A DNA stretch of 64,000 bases from Thermodesulfobacteriota bacterium (GTDB lineage: Bacteria > Desulfobacterota_D > UBA1144 > Nemesobacterales > UBA2774), in the NCBI GenBank assembly GCA_965223335.1, contig OZ244991.1, positions 95,231 through 159,230 of the forward strand. The letters run 5' to 3'. A program made the position numbers and the translations under genes. The notes under the pieces were generated by a model. It searched no databases and was not told the DNA's origin. It was given only the letters and a program-made list of their open reading frames with translations. Below are positions 62,044-64,000 of this stretch, piece by piece (the stretch's first letter is position 1; the number at the start of each line of letters is the position of its first letter).

Positions 62044-63321
62044 CTACGTCCCTAGACGTGCCTCTTCTTCATAGGAGAAAAGAGGATTGCCCGTCCCTTT
62101 AATTACGTCTTCAGTGATCACACAACGCACTAGACCTTTAAGCGATGGCACCTCATAAGAAATCTCTAACATAACAGATTCAATTATAGCTCTAAGTCCC
62201 CTGGCTCCGGTTTTACGGCTCTTGGCCTCTTGAGCAATGGCCAGTAGCGCGCCTTCCGTAACCTCCAACTCTACCCCTTCTAGCTCCATAAGCTTTTGAA
62301 ACTGCTTGATGATGGCATTTTTGGGCTGTGTAAGAATCTCGATAAACGATTCTTCATTAAGCTCCTCAAGGGTGGCTACAACCGGGATTCTCCCCACAAA
62401 CTCGGGGATAAGTCCGAATTGTATTTGGTCCTCAGGTTGAACTTCTTTTAAAATATCACCTAGTTCCATTTCTTCCGTTTTACCTATATTTGCTTCGAAG
62501 CCAATTGATTTTTCGCCTATCCTACGTTTTATGATGTCTTCGAGGCCGCAAAAGGCTCCGCCGCAAACAAATAAAATATTTGTGGTGTCGATTTGCAGGA
62601 ACTCTTGCTGGGGATGTTTACGACCCCCCTTGGGCGGCACATTGGCCTTTGTGCCCTCCATGATCTTAAGCAGTGCCTGCTGTACACCCTCGCCCGAAAC
62701 ATCACGGGTAATAGACGGGCTATCCCCCGATTTGCGGGCAAGTTTATCTATCTCATCGATATATATAATACCTTTTGACGCCCTTTCAAGGTCATAATCC
62801 GCAGCCTGCAACAGGCTTACGATCATGTTCTCCACGTCCTCACCCACGTAGCCCGCTTCGGTGTAACATGTAGCGTCTACGATCGTAAACGGCACGTCGA
62901 GGAGTTTTGCCAGCGTCTGCGCCATAAGGGTTTTACCCGACCCCGTAGGGCCTATTAATAAAATATTGCTTTTTTGGATCTCTACCTCGTTATTTCTCTT
63001 CCCTGAATTGTAAGCGTTTAACTCCACTCTCTTGTAGTGGTTATAGACCGCTACCGAAAGCACCTTCTTGGCACGTTCCTGGCCTATTACGTATTCGTCT
63101 AGGAATGATTTAATCTGCGACGGTGTGGGTAGGGTCGAATAGCGTTTTTTGAGTAGACCCTCTTTGGCTTCCTCGTCTGCGATTATTTCGTTACATAGCT
63201 CAATACACTCGTTACAAATGTATACGGTGGGCCCTGCTATGAGTTTGCGTACTTCTTTTTGGCTTTTCCCACAGAATGAGCAATAGAGCTTACCGTCTTT
63301 ACCTTCTCTTCTGGTGGTCAC
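62044..63321 (-). CDS. clpX: ATP-dependent Clp protease ATPase ClpX
   Basis: CSFCGK zinc finger, [21 protein letters not shown] and IGF motifs; GTG start overlaps the clpP stop. Confidence 0.98.
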   Translation of the reverse strand: MTTRREGKDGKLYCSFCGKSQKEVRKLIAGPTVYICNECIELCNEIIADEEAKEGLLKKRYSTLPTPSQIKSFLDEYVIGQERAKKVLSVAVYNHYKRVELNAYNSGKRNNEVEIQKSNILLIGPTGSGKTLMAQTLAKLLDVPFTIVDATCYTEAGYVGEDVENMIVSLLQAADYDLERASKGIIYIDEIDKLARKSGDSPSITRDVSGEGVQQALLKIMEGTKANVPPKGGRKHPQQEFLQIDTTNILFVCGGAFCGLEDIIKRRIGEKSIGFEANIGKTEEMELGDILKEVQPEDQIQFGLIPEFVGRIPVVATLEELNEESFIEILTQPKNAIIKQFQKLMELEGVELEVTEGALLAIAQEAKSRKTGARGLRAIIESVMLEISYEVPSLKGLVRCVITEDVIKGTGNPLFSYEEEARLGT

Positions 63322-63917
63322 TTGGGCGCCTCCTCTCTTTTAGTAATTATAGCATCAACCAATCCATATTCTAAGGCGTCTTCTGGTTTAAGGAAATAAT
63401 CCCTTTCGGTCTCCTTGGCAATCCGTTCAATCGGCTGGTTGGTATGTTTTGCTAAAATCCTATTTATCTCCTCCCGTACCCTAAGTATCTCTCTTGCGTG
63501 GATCTCAATGTCCGAGGCCTGCCCCTCTACTCCACCCAGCACCTGATGGATCATAACCCGTGCATGTGGCAGAGCATACCTCTTGCCTTTAGCTCCTGCA
63601 GCCAACAACACCGCTGCCATGCTTGCGGCCTGGCCGATGCACATAGTTGCCACATTGGGCCTTACGTACTGCATGGTATCGTAAATAGCTAATCCTGCTG
63701 TAACATGACCACCGGGCGAGTTTATGTAGAGATAGATATCCTTTTCAGGATTCTCGGATTCCAAGAATAGAAGCTGTGCAATAACTGTGTCTGCAACTGC
63801 GTCATTTATTGGTGATCCAACGAAAACAATCCTGTCTTTTAAAAGGCGGGAAAATATATCGTATGCCCTTTCTCCCCGGCTCGTCTGTTCAACTACGATG
63901 GGAACATAACTGGACAT
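63318..63917 (-). CDS. clpP: Clp protease proteolytic subunit
   Basis: [23 protein letters not shown] and MIHQ motifs. Confidence 0.98.
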   Translation of the reverse strand: MSSYVPIVVEQTSRGERAYDIFSRLLKDRIVFVGSPINDAVADTVIAQLLFLESENPEKDIYLYINSPGGHVTAGLAIYDTMQYVRPNVATMCIGQAASMAAVLLAAGAKGKRYALPHARVMIHQVLGGVEGQASDIEIHAREILRVREEINRILAKHTNQPIERIAKETERDYFLKPEDALEYGLVDAIITKREEAPK

Positions 63918-63928
63918 TATTGGGTGAT

Positions 63929-63957
63929 AGTATACTGATTTTAGGTTTCTTTGTCAA
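63929..63957 (-). promoter_or_regulatory. Sigma-70 promoter of clpP-clpX, overlapping the upstream gene's 3' end
   Basis: TTGACA-17 nt-TATACT, then 11 nt to the ATG; no Shine-Dalgarno. Confidence 0.75.
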
Positions 63958-64000
63958 TCTGGTTTGTGTCCGGTTCTACCTCGGTCAAATTAGCATTTTC
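63941..64000 (-). CDS. tig: Probable trigger factor, C-terminal fragment
   Basis: Frame [19 protein letters not shown] ends just upstream of clpP; conserved tig-clpP-clpX-lon order. Only 19 residues are visible. Confidence 0.6.
   Translation of the reverse strand, partial: ENANLTEVEPDTNQIDKET

Overview
Bacterial chromosomal segment made mostly of core genes. The gene set and order suggest a deltaproteobacteria-like (Desulfobacterota-type) lineage, which is an inference. Core content: nusA (partial), rimP, uvrB, efp, yacG, gmhA, mutL, ispG, topA, dprA, hemW, a TolC/MacAB-type exporter, eno, leuCD, rpoN-hpf-ptsN-hprK-rapZ-EIIA, trpS, four tRNAs (Arg-ACG, Ser-GCT, Asp-GTC, Val-TAC), and tig (3' end), clpP, clpX, lon. 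I saw no CRISPR array, integrase, transposase or prophage gene. Most notable: (1) four good sigma-54 (-24/-12) sites upstream of rpoN, an atypical LuxR regulator, a DUF4242 gene and a 4-PAS hybrid kinase. (2) A tRNA-bounded, co-oriented phosphorelay cluster with two embedded enzyme-like genes: a DUF4301 nucleotidyltransferase-like protein and an M49 peptidase homolog with altered catalytic motifs. (3) Two atypical CsgD/VpsT-like regulators flanking ugd, between dprA and topA. (4) An EF-P with Gln at the normally modified loop tip. (5) Many apparently leaderless or short-leader genes. (6) A 58-aa membrane protein missing from the ORF track. All family calls come from reading motifs by eye; no database search was run.
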